Positions 29,344 to 39,855 are shown, numbered from the stretch's first letter. The stretch: DNA of 64,000 bases from Spirochaetia bacterium (GCA_963668315.1 OY764216.1:2208001-2272000); one strand, 5' to 3'. Notes: generated from the sequence alone by a model not told the origin. Numbers and translations: made by a program.

Positions 29344-31933
29344 TGTTCTTATCCTTCCTGTGTATTTTCCACTGTTTTCTTCCCGATTCCTTGGCGTCGT
29401 ACAGCGCTTCATCCGCCTGCTTGAGCAGTTTCTTGCCGTCCCTTTCCGCCTTGAGAAAATCGGAAATGCCTATGGAGCAGCTCAGCCACTTCTCCCGGGG
29501 GATCTTTCCTCCGTAGCCCAGCTCTCCCAGAAAATCGGCATAACCCTTCTTCTCTTCAAGCTCATTAAGGATTCTTTCGGCGATGAGGGTGGAACTCTTC
29601 CTGTCGGTCTCGGCCAGTAGAAGGACAAACTCATCTCCGCCGTATCGGAAGATGCAGTCGCTGTCCCGGCAGGCATTCTGAAGCACCCGGGAAAAATCCT
29701 CCAGAAGTCTGTCTCCCACGGGATGTCCGTATGTATCATTATAGTATTTGAAATTGTCCAGATCAATAAAAAGCAGAGTGAAATTATCCCTCTCCCGGCT
29801 GCCTCCGTAGCGGGAGGAAAACTCTTTTATCTTCTCGTTAAGCTGAATTCGGTTGCCTATGCCGGTGAGCGGATCTGTCAGGGTTGTGATCGTCAGCTCT
29901 CGGTTAATCGCTTCCAGACGGCGGTTTTTTGAGAGGATGAGTTCTTTCTGCCGGATTTTTTCAAGGGCCGATGAGAACTGACCGGCCAGAATGGAGAAAA
30001 TCTGTTTCTCCTCATCGCTTATCATATAATGGGGTGATTCGGGGCGGCAGATGATGACTCCCTTTATGAGATCCTCGGAAATTACGGGAATCAGAAGCAT
30101 CCCCGACGGGCTGGAGGAGAGGTTTCTGACGCCCCCCTCCCAGACCGCCAGGAAATCGTCCAGATCCTGGCGGTCCGGTTCTATGTCCAGAAGTGACGAG
30201 TGATAGGCCAGCCTGTAGGAATCTTCCAGTCTTTCGTAATAGGAGATGCTGCTGACGAGGGAAGAGGAGAGAAGTCTTTCCATCGTAAGGAAAATGAGCC
30301 GGTCCCTGTCCTCGGTGCCGGCCAGTATGGACTGAATATCGGAAAGCAGATTGATTTCGTACATTCCCTTCTTCAGCTGTTCGTACCGGACATGCTGTTT
30401 GAGATTTGTGCTGACCCATTCCCTGTCAATCGGCTCGCCGAACCAGTTCCGGGGAGCCTCCCCGTCCGGGCCGGCGGCGGGTTCTTTTTTCACGGAAGGG
30501 GGCGGGGGAACATAACGGGAGATCTCCTCCCTCAACGATTCGGAAGCTTCGGGAAGGCGGTTGACGATATACCGCGCCGTCCGCAGGAGGGAGCGGGCCT
30601 GGGCGTCGCAGGAGAGGCGGAACCCCATCTCTGACAGGGTCAGGTATAGGTGGGCTATCTCTTCGAAGCGCTCTTCCCGCAGGTAGCCCTCCAGCGCCCC
30701 GGCGTAGCAGCGGAAGGCCATTTCCGGCCGGGAATCCTCTTCATACAGCTGTCCCAGGCAGTGAAGTATTACCATGGGGAGATAGGGCCCTTTGTGACCT
30801 TTTCTGGTTTCCAGAGCTTCGAGAAGACTCTCTTCCCCCTTCTTGCGGTCTTTCTGGGTCTGCCATTCATAGATACCCCGGGCCAGAAGGGCCTGGGACC
30901 GGAGAATGGGATTCTCCCTTCGGGTAAAGAGCTCAATTACCTCATCAAGGCGTGTCGGATCGGAGTAAAGAAGGACAATTCCCTTGCCTTTGGTACGGCC
31001 CAGTCTTTCGGCCAGTACCAGCAGTTCATCCTTTTCTTCCCCTTTCATGGCGTCCTTGATTCTGCGGCTGCACAGAAAGAGAGAAAAAAGAGCTTCAAAG
31101 CGTATCTCCCCGTCCTCCGTATCAAGTTCCAGGCTTTTCCTGTAGAAATGGACGGCCTGTTTAAGCCGCTCCTTTTTTCTGTAGACTTCACCGGTCAGGT
31201 AGAAGGCAAGGGCCATCAGGCGGCTTTCCCGCAGGTATACCGCCATATTCAGGAGGCTGTTGAAAATCGTCAGGGCCAGGTCTTCCTGATTCAGATCCAG
31301 CGCCGCCAGGCCGTAATAACGGAAAAGACCGGCCCTATCTTCCACGTCAAAGGAAAGGGAACCGATCCGGTTCCTTCCGTAGAGAAGGTCAAAGTACTGG
31401 CAGGCCTGAATATTGTCGCCGAAGACGAAAAATTCCATTGCCCACTGGAAAATCTCTCTGTCCGTCCCCTCCCTTTTAAGGGGCGGGGGGAGTTTCGTGA
31501 CTCCGTCCCAGGGGATGATTTCTCCGCAGTTGTCCAGGATGAGGGGAGGCATGCTCTCCAGGGGGTACGTCTCATCCAGATAGGCGTAGAAATTCTCCAC
31601 CGAATGGGAGAGATGGCCCGAGATGGATATTTTCACCTGGGAGATATCCGGGTCGATCAGGGAGTAGAAAAGCAGGCAGACGCTCCGGAATATCCTCTCC
31701 CGTTCAAAATCGGTTTCCGAGAAGAGAACAACCTCCTTCCGGACCCGGGGCCGTTCCTCCATATAGTCATGGAGAAGTTTTATGTGGGAGCTGAGGACGG
31801 GAAGCAGGCTCAGTTTCAGATCCCGCTCCTTTTCGTCAAGAATCAGCAGCTGATCCCGGCACCAGGGAAGAACGGGGGACAGGGGGGAGGGCGGATAGTC
31901 TATGCTCGAAATATGAAGTACACGGTCAGCCAC
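29336..31933 (-). CDS. Diguanylate cyclase with TPR-like and GAF-like domains
   Basis: DPLTG, DLDNFK..ND.YGH..GD, RDSD (RxxD I-site), RYGGDEF. Confidence 0.9.
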   Translation of the reverse strand: MADRVLHISSIDYPPSPLSPVLPWCRDQLLILDEKERDLKLSLLPVLSSHIKLLHDYMEERPRVRKEVVLFSETDFERERIFRSVCLLFYSLIDPDISQVKISISGHLSHSVENFYAYLDETYPLESMPPLILDNCGEIIPWDGVTKLPPPLKREGTDREIFQWAMEFFVFGDNIQACQYFDLLYGRNRIGSLSFDVEDRAGLFRYYGLAALDLNQEDLALTIFNSLLNMAVYLRESRLMALAFYLTGEVYRKKERLKQAVHFYRKSLELDTEDGEIRFEALFSLFLCSRRIKDAMKGEEKDELLVLAERLGRTKGKGIVLLYSDPTRLDEVIELFTRRENPILRSQALLARGIYEWQTQKDRKKGEESLLEALETRKGHKGPYLPMVILHCLGQLYEEDSRPEMAFRCYAGALEGYLREERFEEIAHLYLTLSEMGFRLSCDAQARSLLRTARYIVNRLPEASESLREEISRYVPPPPSVKKEPAAGPDGEAPRNWFGEPIDREWVSTNLKQHVRYEQLKKGMYEINLLSDIQSILAGTEDRDRLIFLTMERLLSSSLVSSISYYERLEDSYRLAYHSSLLDIEPDRQDLDDFLAVWEGGVRNLSSSPSGMLLIPVISEDLIKGVIICRPESPHYMISDEEKQIFSILAGQFSSALEKIRQKELILSKNRRLEAINRELTITTLTDPLTGIGNRIQLNEKIKEFSSRYGGSRERDNFTLLFIDLDNFKYYNDTYGHPVGDRLLEDFSRVLQNACRDSDCIFRYGGDEFVLLLAETDRKSSTLIAERILNELEEKKGYADFLGELGYGGKIPREKWLSCSIGISDFLKAERDGKKLLKQADEALYDAKESGRKQWKIHRKDKNNE

Positions 31934-32345
31934 GGGTGCCCTTTATACTGCTCTCCTTGATCCCCTCGTCATTCAGAAGATTTACAAAACGCGTCATATC
32001 ATCCGGTTTGAGGGAAATCTTCAGGGGCCTATGGTCCAGAGAGTAGAGCGTCAGGCGGCGGGAACCCTTTCTGCCGTAGCCCAGCATACTGTCGAAACGG
32101 TGTTCCTCCCTGTCCTCCTTGTAGGGAAGGAGAACCTTCAGAACTCTCTCGTCATAGGTGATATAGGGGATGGAGTTGTTATAGATGATCAAACCGAGAA
32201 TCAGTATCATCCCCCCCGCGAAAATCAGGGTGTCCAGAAGGCTGTAGTTGATAAAGAGAGGACGGAGCCCCAGAAAGAGGGGAAGGATAAAGAGGAAATT
32301 GAGAAGTTTGCTAGTCGGACTTTTATGAAAGGCTCCCAGATCCAT
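31926..32345 (-). CDS. Small membrane protein, hypothetical
   Basis: Two TM segments; overlaps the DGC start, suggesting translational coupling. Confidence 0.7.
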   Translation of the reverse strand: MDLGAFHKSPTSKLLNFLFILPLFLGLRPLFINYSLLDTLIFAGGMILILGLIIYNNSIPYITYDERVLKVLLPYKEDREEHRFDSMLGYGRKGSRRLTLYSLDHRPLKISLKPDDMTRFVNLLNDEGIKESSIKGTRG

Positions 32346-32412
32346 GGATCAATAATAACACAATTGGAGAAAAATACTACACCCTGACTGGGAAATCTGC
32401 TATAATTCAGCC

Positions 32413-33207
32413 ATGCATCCCCGATCCGTTCAAATCATGGCCATAGCCAACCTGACGCCCGACTCATTCTATGCTTCCAGCCGGACAAAAGCGGTGGATC
32501 AGGTGCTGAAAATGATTGACGAAGGGGCCGATATCATCGATATCGGCGGGGAATCCAGCCGTCCCGGCGCGGAGTATGTTTCTCTGGAGGAGGAGACGGA
32601 AAGGGTCATTCCCTTCATCGCCGAGCTCCGAAGACACCGGGATATTCCCATTTCGGTGGATACAAGAAAGAGCGAAGTGGCCCGGAAAGCCCTGGATCTG
32701 GGCGTTCAGATCATCAATGATATCTCCGCCTTGGAGGATGACGGGAAGATGGGGGAGGTCATTGCCTCCTACGGAGCCCGGGTCATTCTTATGCATAAGC
32801 AGGGCATACCCGTCTCCATGCAGGAAGACCCCCATTATGAAAGCGTCACCGACGAGGTTCTCCGCTATCTGCTTGAGAGAGCGGAGGCGGCGGTAGGAGC
32901 GGGTATCTCCCGGGATAATATTATTCTCGATCCGGGTATCGGTTTCGGGAAAAGGCAGGAGGACAACCGGCGCCTGCTTCAGGATATCCCCCGCTTCAAG
33001 GAGACCGGTTTTCCCCTCCTTATCGCCCTGTCCCGAAAATCCTATATCGGGAATATACTGGGCGCGCCTCCCGAGGACCGTCTTTACGGAACCCTGGCGG
33101 CGGACATGTACGCCTGCCGCCTGGGGGCCGATATGATCCGGGTTCACGATGTGAAACCCCACAGGGATATGCTCGATGTTTTGGGGGATCTCCAGTGGAT
33201 TGGATAG
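32413..33207 (+). CDS. folP: Dihydropteroate synthase
   Basis: NLTPDSF, DIGGESSRPG, DPGIGF, SRKS, RVHDV. Confidence 0.96.
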   Translation: MHPRSVQIMAIANLTPDSFYASSRTKAVDQVLKMIDEGADIIDIGGESSRPGAEYVSLEEETERVIPFIAELRRHRDIPISVDTRKSEVARKALDLGVQIINDISALEDDGKMGEVIASYGARVILMHKQGIPVSMQEDPHYESVTDEVLRYLLERAEAAVGAGISRDNIILDPGIGFGKRQEDNRRLLQDIPRFKETGFPLLIALSRKSYIGNILGAPPEDRLYGTLAADMYACRLGADMIRVHDVKPHRDMLDVLGDLQWIG

Positions 33208-33986
33208 AGAACAGCTGGTTTATCAATCATCTCCTTCTTCCTTTTCTCGATGTGGGGATTCTCTCTTTCATCATCTATCAGGCCTATACGATCCTGGAAG
33301 AGTCCCAGGCCATCCAGCTTCTCAAGGGTGCGCTTACGGTGGTCATCATCTATATCGCCGCCCTTTTTCTCAAGCTGGAGACCCTGCTGTGGATTCTTAA
33401 CATCCTCGCACCGGGCATCATGATAGGGCTGGCCATCGTTTTTCAGCCCGAACTGAGAACTGTATTCACCCGGATCGGCCAGCGGGAGGTATTCTCCATT
33501 AAGGGACGTTCCCGCTCCTATCATATCGATTACACCCTGAGCGCTCTGGAAGTTCTGGCCAGCCGCCGGAGGGGAGCCCTGGTGGTCTTTTCCCGCTCCA
33601 GCGACCTCAAAAGCATCATCGAGACGGGTACCCGGCTGAATGCCGATCTGTCCTCCAGCCTGGTCATTACCATCTTCGGGCACGATACGCCCCTCCATGA
33701 CGGGGCCATCGTCGTTTCCGAAGGCAAGATCGTGGCGGGCGGCTGTTTCCTTCCCCTGTCGCGGCAGACGAATCTGAGAAAAAGTTTCGGTACCCGCCAC
33801 CGGGCCGCCCTGGGACTGACCGAGGAGACCGATGCGGTTGTGCTCGTCGCTTCGGAAGAGACGGGAGCCATCTCCCTGGTGTACGATTCCAGTCTGTATT
33901 ACGACCTTTCCATACCCGAGGCGGAGAAGGAGCTCAAGAGACTTCTGGGCATACAGGATGAGCTGTCCGGGGATGAGGAGATATAA
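33195..33986 (+). CDS. cdaA: Diadenylate cyclase CdaA
   Basis: Three TM segments, FQPELR, HDGA, GTRHRAA, SEETG. Confidence 0.95.
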   Translation: MDWIENSWFINHLLLPFLDVGILSFIIYQAYTILEESQAIQLLKGALTVVIIYIAALFLKLETLLWILNILAPGIMIGLAIVFQPELRTVFTRIGQREVFSIKGRSRSYHIDYTLSALEVLASRRRGALVVFSRSSDLKSIIETGTRLNADLSSSLVITIFGHDTPLHDGAIVVSEGKIVAGGCFLPLSRQTNLRKSFGTRHRAALGLTEETDAVVLVASEETGAISLVYDSSLYYDLSIPEAEKELKRLLGIQDELSGDEEI

Positions 33987-34918
33987 TGAAACTGCTCGAC
34001 CGATTCATGCACCGCTGGCATATTAAAATATTCTCCTTCCTTCTGGCGCTGGTTCTCTTCTGGTTCTATCGGATCTCATCTCTGGATGAACGGTTTTTTT
34101 CCGTGCCCCTCCATCTGGAAATGAATCAGGAATTCATTCCCGCCGGGGATTATCCCAGTCACGTGACGGTCACCATCCGGGGGACTTCCGAAGAGATCTT
34201 CTCCGTCCTGGAGGAAGATATATCCGTCAAGGCCGACTTCTCCTCCCACGGAACGGAAGGAAGTTTCCGCGAACCCATCGAGGTGAGCAGCAAGGGGACC
34301 GCTGCGGATCGGGGCAACCTGGAAATCCATATCGATCCGGGCGACGTGGTCATAAGACAGGAGAAAAAAGTAACCAGAACACTGCCCGTTGATCCGACAC
34401 TGACGGGATTTCCCAGTATGGGATATGAACTCAGTCAGTACTTTGTCTCGCCCTCATCGATAACCGTTGTGGGTCCCAGAAGCGTGGTGGAATCCCTTGA
34501 AAGCCTCTCCACCGAAGCAATCGATCTCTCGGGCAAATTCGAGGACTTTACTTCCATGTCCCGTCTGGTCTATCCTTCCGGTCTGATCTATTTCCCCGGG
34601 GGGGATGTGGTCGAGTTCCGCGGAGTCATATCCGAAGCCCTTCTGGTTAAGACCATCGCCAATCTCGATGTTTCCCTTCTGAACCTTTCGGATAAACTGA
34701 TTGTCCAGGGTGCGATTCCCGGGGGAAGCATTACGATTCAGGGAAATCAGGTGCAGATTGAGGATCTGGCGAAGGAGAATATTCTGCTCTTTGCCGACTG
34801 CAGCGGGATTACCGCCCCCGGTGAGTATACCCTGAATGTCCGGCCCCAGATCCCCGGCGATGCGGCCCTTCTTAACTGGCTTCCCAAGGAAATCACCCTG
34901 ACTGTCACAGGAGAGTAA
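33986..34918 (+). CDS. cdaR: CdaR/YbbR-domain protein
   Basis: N-terminal TM, YbbR-like beta repeats, directly downstream of cdaA. Confidence 0.82.
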   Translation: MKLLDRFMHRWHIKIFSFLLALVLFWFYRISSLDERFFSVPLHLEMNQEFIPAGDYPSHVTVTIRGTSEEIFSVLEEDISVKADFSSHGTEGSFREPIEVSSKGTAADRGNLEIHIDPGDVVIRQEKKVTRTLPVDPTLTGFPSMGYELSQYFVSPSSITVVGPRSVVESLESLSTEAIDLSGKFEDFTSMSRLVYPSGLIYFPGGDVVEFRGVISEALLVKTIANLDVSLLNLSDKLIVQGAIPGGSITIQGNQVQIEDLAKENILLFADCSGITAPGEYTLNVRPQIPGDAALLNWLPKEITLTVTGE

Positions 34919-34919
34919 T

Positions 34920-35774
34920 TTGACCGGACCGAAAGTTAGTTATTATGCCAAGAACGCGACCTCCTGCCCCGTCTGTCAGACCGAGTTCAAGCGGGAGGAG
35001 CTACTGACCGGCGGGGGAAGAATGAATGCCGGTGATTTGACCGATGAACTCCACAGGCAATACCTGACCACGGGAAAGTACGGCGATGTGTATCCCCTTA
35101 TCTATCCCGTAACCGTCTGTCCCAACTGTTTTTACGCCGCCTATACGCCCGATTTTGATGTGATCGGCCCGTCGGCGGCGGGGGAGCTGAAGCATCAGAC
35201 CGGGGACAGAAAGAATCTGGTAAAGAATATCGATCCGGCGATTGATTTTCACAATATCCGCGGCCTTAAGGAGGGAATCGCCTCCTATCTTCTGGCCATG
35301 ACCTGCTACGAGAAGCACGGCGTCGACAGGGCTCCCTCCTTCCGGCAGGCCGTCTCTTCTCTCCGGGCCGCCTGGCTCTGCATGGATTATCATCAAAAAG
35401 TTCCCGACGATAACTGGGATTACCTGGGGCAGGTTTTCTACAGGAAGGCGGCGTTCTTCTATACCCTGGTTATCGAAAACGAGGAGAACGGAAAAGAGCA
35501 GGTCTCCTCCCTGGGAAATCTGGGGCCGGACATTGATAACAACTACGGTTTTGACGGAGTGCTGTATCTATCGGGGCTTTTAGAGTTCAAGTACGGGCAG
35601 CGCAACAATATCTACGAGCGGGGAGAAAAGCTTAAGCGGGCCCGCTCCATGGTCGCCAGGATCGTGGGCATGGGAAAATCCTCCAAGTCCAAACCGGGGC
35701 CCCTGCTGGAATCCTCCCGGGAGCTCCATAAGCGGATCAAAGTGGAACTTGACGGGATGGGTGTGGATGTCTAA
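34920..35774 (+). CDS. DUF2225 family protein
   Basis: CPVC and VCPNC Zn motifs, LRAAW. Confidence 0.8.
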   Translation: MTGPKVSYYAKNATSCPVCQTEFKREELLTGGGRMNAGDLTDELHRQYLTTGKYGDVYPLIYPVTVCPNCFYAAYTPDFDVIGPSAAGELKHQTGDRKNLVKNIDPAIDFHNIRGLKEGIASYLLAMTCYEKHGVDRAPSFRQAVSSLRAAWLCMDYHQKVPDDNWDYLGQVFYRKAAFFYTLVIENEENGKEQVSSLGNLGPDIDNNYGFDGVLYLSGLLEFKYGQRNNIYERGEKLKRARSMVARIVGMGKSSKSKPGPLLESSRELHKRIKVELDGMGVDV

Positions 35775-36534
35775 ACAGCGTATCGCCCTGCTGGTTTCCT
35801 ACGACGGAACGGATTTCTGCGGATGGCAGATACAGAACGGACAGGACTCGGTAAGCGTTCAGGGAACTCTGGAGAGAGCTCTTTCGGAGATCTGCGGGGA
35901 AGCTGTGGCCGTTACCGGGTCAGGCAGAACCGATTCGGGTGTCCATGCCACAGGCCAGGTCGCCCATGCCGATCTGGGAACCAACATCCCCGCCGCAAAG
36001 GTCCGGGAAGCCCTGAACTCCCGTCTGCCCGGAAGCGTTCGCATACTGAAGAGCCGGGCCGTTCCCGATGATTTCCACAGCAGATACAGTGCCGTCCGAC
36101 GGGATTACGCCTACTATATCTCCTCCGGAACCATTCCCCCGGCCCACAGGAGGAACTACTGCCACTTCACGCGGAAACGCTACTCCCTGACCGAGCTTGG
36201 CCGGGTGGCTTCCGTTCTCTCAGGTATTCATGATTTCAGTACCTTCGCCGCGGCGGGAGATCAGAGTAAAAGCCGCATCCGGGAGATCTACTCGGCTTCT
36301 TTTCACCGGGAGGGGGATTTGCTGGTCTTCCGTATCGGGGGAAATGCCTTCCTCTGGCGGATGGTCCGGTCCCTTACGGGGACGATACTCCACGTGGCCG
36401 ACCAGGGCGGCGGTCCCGAAGAGATGCGGCGCCGGCTGGAGGCCTGCGACAGGAACGAAGCCGGCCCGACTGCCCCGGCGAGGGGATTATTTTTAGAAAA
36501 GGTGCAATATGGATCTGAATACGGTTTTTTCTGA
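35767..36534 (+). CDS. truA: tRNA pseudouridine(38-40) synthase
   Basis: YDGT.F.GWQ, GRTDSGVHA.GQ, FLWRMVR, APARGL. Confidence 0.96.
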   Translation: MSKQRIALLVSYDGTDFCGWQIQNGQDSVSVQGTLERALSEICGEAVAVTGSGRTDSGVHATGQVAHADLGTNIPAAKVREALNSRLPGSVRILKSRAVPDDFHSRYSAVRRDYAYYISSGTIPPAHRRNYCHFTRKRYSLTELGRVASVLSGIHDFSTFAAAGDQSKSRIREIYSASFHREGDLLVFRIGGNAFLWRMVRSLTGTILHVADQGGGPEEMRRRLEACDRNEAGPTAPARGLFLEKVQYGSEYGFF

Positions 36535-37237
36535 TTACTGGGAACTTCTCAATCTCTGCGAAGATTATATAAACGGGGGCTACCGCTCCGACCATGAACC
36601 GGCTCCGGAATTCCGCTTTCAGAGTGATAAGCCCCTTCCCGGTTCCGGGGCTGCGGAATCTCCCTCGCATCCGGAAATGTCACCCCAGCCGGGAACTCTG
36701 GGCGAAAGGATACTTTCCTGCCGTCGCTGCGACCTGCATATGGCCCGAAAACAGGCTCTTGTCGGTTCGGGAACGGAGAATCCCCGCCTTCTTGTACTGC
36801 TTCCTCCCCCGGGATATGACGAGGATGAACAGAATACCCCTCTTACCGGAGAAGGGCTGGATTTTCTTGATAAATGGCTGGGTGCCGTGGGGGTCGAGCG
36901 CAAGGACGTCTATCTGACCAACAGCATCAAGTGCCGGACACCGGGAACCCGTCCCCCCTTCGAACCGGAGGTGGAAGCCTGCCGGGCCTATCTGGAGGAG
37001 CAGCTCGAACAGCTTCAGCCGGAAGCGGTTCTGATTCTGGGAGAAACGGCTCTGGCCTCACTGACCGGCGAGAGGGGAGGTCAGGCTCTGGAAAACCGCA
37101 GGGGCAAGCCTTTTTTTCGGAACAATATCTTCTGCCTGGCGACCTATGATCCGGCAAAGGTTCTTCAGGAGCTTGCTCTGAAAAGGCCTGTATGGGAAGA
37201 CCTGAAAATCCTGCGGGACTTTCTGAATCATGGATAA
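36509..37237 (+). CDS. Family-4 uracil-DNA glycosylase-like Fe-S protein (degenerate)
   Basis: CRRC, TNSIKCR and EACR are present; catalytic motifs are altered. Confidence 0.8.
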   Translation: MDLNTVFSDYWELLNLCEDYINGGYRSDHEPAPEFRFQSDKPLPGSGAAESPSHPEMSPQPGTLGERILSCRRCDLHMARKQALVGSGTENPRLLVLLPPPGYDEDEQNTPLTGEGLDFLDKWLGAVGVERKDVYLTNSIKCRTPGTRPPFEPEVEACRAYLEEQLEQLQPEAVLILGETALASLTGERGGQALENRRGKPFFRNNIFCLATYDPAKVLQELALKRPVWEDLKILRDFLNHG

Positions 37238-39200
37238 GTACATTGAATTAGCCTTCAATATCCCCCTTAACCGAAGCTTCACCTATCTGCTGCCCGGGGA
37301 AGAACTGCCAGAAGAGGACACTCCCCTGGTAGGGCGGAGGTGTGAGGCTTTCTTCGGGCGTAAAAAAATGACCGGATGGATCACATCTGTATCCGAGACG
37401 CCTCCGGACGATCTGGAACCGGAGAAGATCAAGCCGGTGAAGCGCGTCGTCGACGGGGAGCCTCTCTTTGATGAGGAGTACGGACGTCTGGCCCGATGGC
37501 TCAGCGATTTCTACCTCTGCTCCCTGGGAGAAGCCCTATCGGCCATGCTGCCCGGAGGAAGGCGTGAGAAGGAACTGCCCGCCATGGGTACCGAGGATGA
37601 TCCCGGGGTTCATGCGGCCGTGACGCTGACACCCGACCAGGACGGGGCCGTGGGGACGGTTCTCAGGGATGAGGGACCCTTCTTTTATCTACAGGGGCCC
37701 ACCGGTTCGGGGAAGACAGAGGTATTTCTCCAATGCGCCGAAAGAACCATTGACCGGGGACGGGGCGTCATCTATCTGGTCCCCGAGATCGCCCTGACCC
37801 ATCAGATGGTTGATAATCTGAGACAGCGCTTTAAGGGTTCCATGGCTCTGCTCCATTCCCATCTCACCCCGTCCCAGCGGCTCAGGGAGTGGAACCGGAT
37901 CAGAAAAGGGGAGGCCCGCTTTGTCCTGGGAGCCCGGAGCGCCGTTTTCGCCCCCCTTCCCGACCTGGGACTGATTATCATCGACGAAGAACACGAAGGC
38001 TCCTATAAGGCCGGTTCAACCCCGCGGTATCATGCCCGGCAGGTGGCCATGCACCGGGTAAGGAGATCTTCGGCGAAGCTTATCATGGGAAGCGCCACTC
38101 CCTCCCTCGAGGCCTGGCACGGTATGGACGAAGGGGCCATCGTTCCCGTCCGGCTGACCCAGAGAGTGGGGGGAGGAGAATTCCCCCGCATCCGCCTGGT
38201 GGATATGAGAAAGGAGACCCAGCTCTTTTCCCATGAGCTTATCCGTGAGATCACGCGGGTCACCGAGGAGGGAAACCAGGTCATCCTGTTTCTCAACCGG
38301 CGGGGATTCAGCTATAACTACGCCTGCCGGAGCTGCGGTTTCGAAATGGTCTGCCGCAATTGTTCCATACCCATGACCTACCACAAGGAAAAGGGAGGGA
38401 TGGTCTGCCATTACTGCGGCTATCGGACGGCTCCTCCCCGGGCCTGTCCCTCCTGCGGTTCCCTGGATGCGGGTTTTTCCGGTTTCGGAACGGAGCAGGT
38501 GGAGGAGGAGATGGTCCGCCTTTTCCCCCATCTCAAAACGGTACGCCTCGACAGGGACAGTTCCCAGAAGAAGGGAATGGGAAAGCAAGTCATAGAACAG
38601 TTCCGCAAGGGGGAATTCCATGTCCTTCTGGGAACGCAGATGGTGGCCAAGGGGCTGAATTTTCCCAAGGTGAAGCTGGTGGGTATCGTTCTGGCCGATA
38701 CGACTCTGAACATGCCCGATTTCCGTTCCCCCGAAAGAACCTTCGCCCTGGTGACCCAGGTTTCCGGCAGAGCCGGCCGCTACTCCGCCGGAGGGGAAGT
38801 CCTCATCCAGACCTACCGTCCGGAAGCGGATGCCCTGGCCCTGGCCGCCCGGTACGATCAGGAGGAGTTCTACCGAAAAGAGCGGGAGAGCCGGCTCATG
38901 CTCTCCTTCCCCCCGTCCAACCGCCTCTTTCGTCTTGTCTTCCGTTCACGTAAGGAGGAGGACGCCCGAAAGGCGAGTGAAAAAGCGGCCTATATGCTGG
39001 AGCATGCGGGAGAAAAGGATCTCCTGGGCCCTTCCGAGTGCCCTCTGGCCGTAGTGGCGAACAATCACCGCTGGCATCTGATCGTCAGAACGGCGGAGTT
39101 TTCCCTGACCCACGACAGAATCTCCTGGTGCCGGGAACAGATCGAGCTGCCCTCATCGGTCTATATGGAGATCGACGTGGATCCCCAGTCTATTATGTAG
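37230..39200 (+). CDS. priA: Primosomal protein N'
   Basis: GPTGSGKTE, VPEIALT, DEEH, four CxxC, GTQMVAKG, GRAGR. Confidence 0.96.
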   Translation: MDKYIELAFNIPLNRSFTYLLPGEELPEEDTPLVGRRCEAFFGRKKMTGWITSVSETPPDDLEPEKIKPVKRVVDGEPLFDEEYGRLARWLSDFYLCSLGEALSAMLPGGRREKELPAMGTEDDPGVHAAVTLTPDQDGAVGTVLRDEGPFFYLQGPTGSGKTEVFLQCAERTIDRGRGVIYLVPEIALTHQMVDNLRQRFKGSMALLHSHLTPSQRLREWNRIRKGEARFVLGARSAVFAPLPDLGLIIIDEEHEGSYKAGSTPRYHARQVAMHRVRRSSAKLIMGSATPSLEAWHGMDEGAIVPVRLTQRVGGGEFPRIRLVDMRKETQLFSHELIREITRVTEEGNQVILFLNRRGFSYNYACRSCGFEMVCRNCSIPMTYHKEKGGMVCHYCGYRTAPPRACPSCGSLDAGFSGFGTEQVEEEMVRLFPHLKTVRLDRDSSQKKGMGKQVIEQFRKGEFHVLLGTQMVAKGLNFPKVKLVGIVLADTTLNMPDFRSPERTFALVTQVSGRAGRYSAGGEVLIQTYRPEADALALAARYDQEEFYRKERESRLMLSFPPSNRLFRLVFRSRKEEDARKASEKAAYMLEHAGEKDLLGPSECPLAVVANNHRWHLIVRTAEFSLTHDRISWCREQIELPSSVYMEIDVDPQSIM

Positions 39201-39828
39201 CGTAGTATCCCCGGTAATCCTCGGGGAGAAGTTCGGCGATTTTTCCCATCATACTGTCCGCCAGGGCCTGTCTTTTCTCCCCGGTGAGCCGTCCTTCCGG
39301 GAAATCCGGATAAAAGGGTTCCCCCACGCGCAGCTTCATGGGGGTGCGCCGGCCTTTCTTCAGGTTGGCGCTGTATTTCTCCAGCCCCCAAACGGCTATG
39401 GGGTAGACGGGAATCTCCGGCTTGGTGAAAAGGGTCACCCCCGGTTTTGCCTGAATCAGCCGGCCGTCCCGGCTCCTTGTTCCCTCCGGGGCGATACAGA
39501 GAAAATCCCCCTCTTCCAGTACTTGCCGGCAGGCGCCTATGGCCTTCTGGTCCACACCGGCCCGGGAGATGGGAATGCACTGCCAGACCTCCATCATCTG
39601 TCTGGTTGCCCATTTATCCCACAGCTCCTCTTTTCCCAGGGCTATGGTGCGGCGGGGGCGCAGATAGGAGTAGATGACCGGTCCTTCGATATTGGACATA
39701 TGGTTGGTTATAATCAGGGCGGGGCCGTTCTTCTGAACCTTCTTCAGCTCGTTCCGGCTCTCCCTGTCCAGTTTCACAGTGAGTCTGATAGCAAGCCTTA
39801 TGGCTGCATTTACAAGAAAAGTCCTCAT
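39193..39828 (-). CDS. Lysophospholipid acyltransferase (PlsC-like)
   Basis: NHMSNIE (HxxxxD/E) and PEGTRS. Confidence 0.88.
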   Translation of the reverse strand: MRTFLVNAAIRLAIRLTVKLDRESRNELKKVQKNGPALIITNHMSNIEGPVIYSYLRPRRTIALGKEELWDKWATRQMMEVWQCIPISRAGVDQKAIGACRQVLEEGDFLCIAPEGTRSRDGRLIQAKPGVTLFTKPEIPVYPIAVWGLEKYSANLKKGRRTPMKLRVGEPFYPDFPEGRLTGEKRQALADSMMGKIAELLPEDYRGYYAT

Positions 39829-39855
39829 AGGGTTATTCTAAACCGCCCTTCCGGC

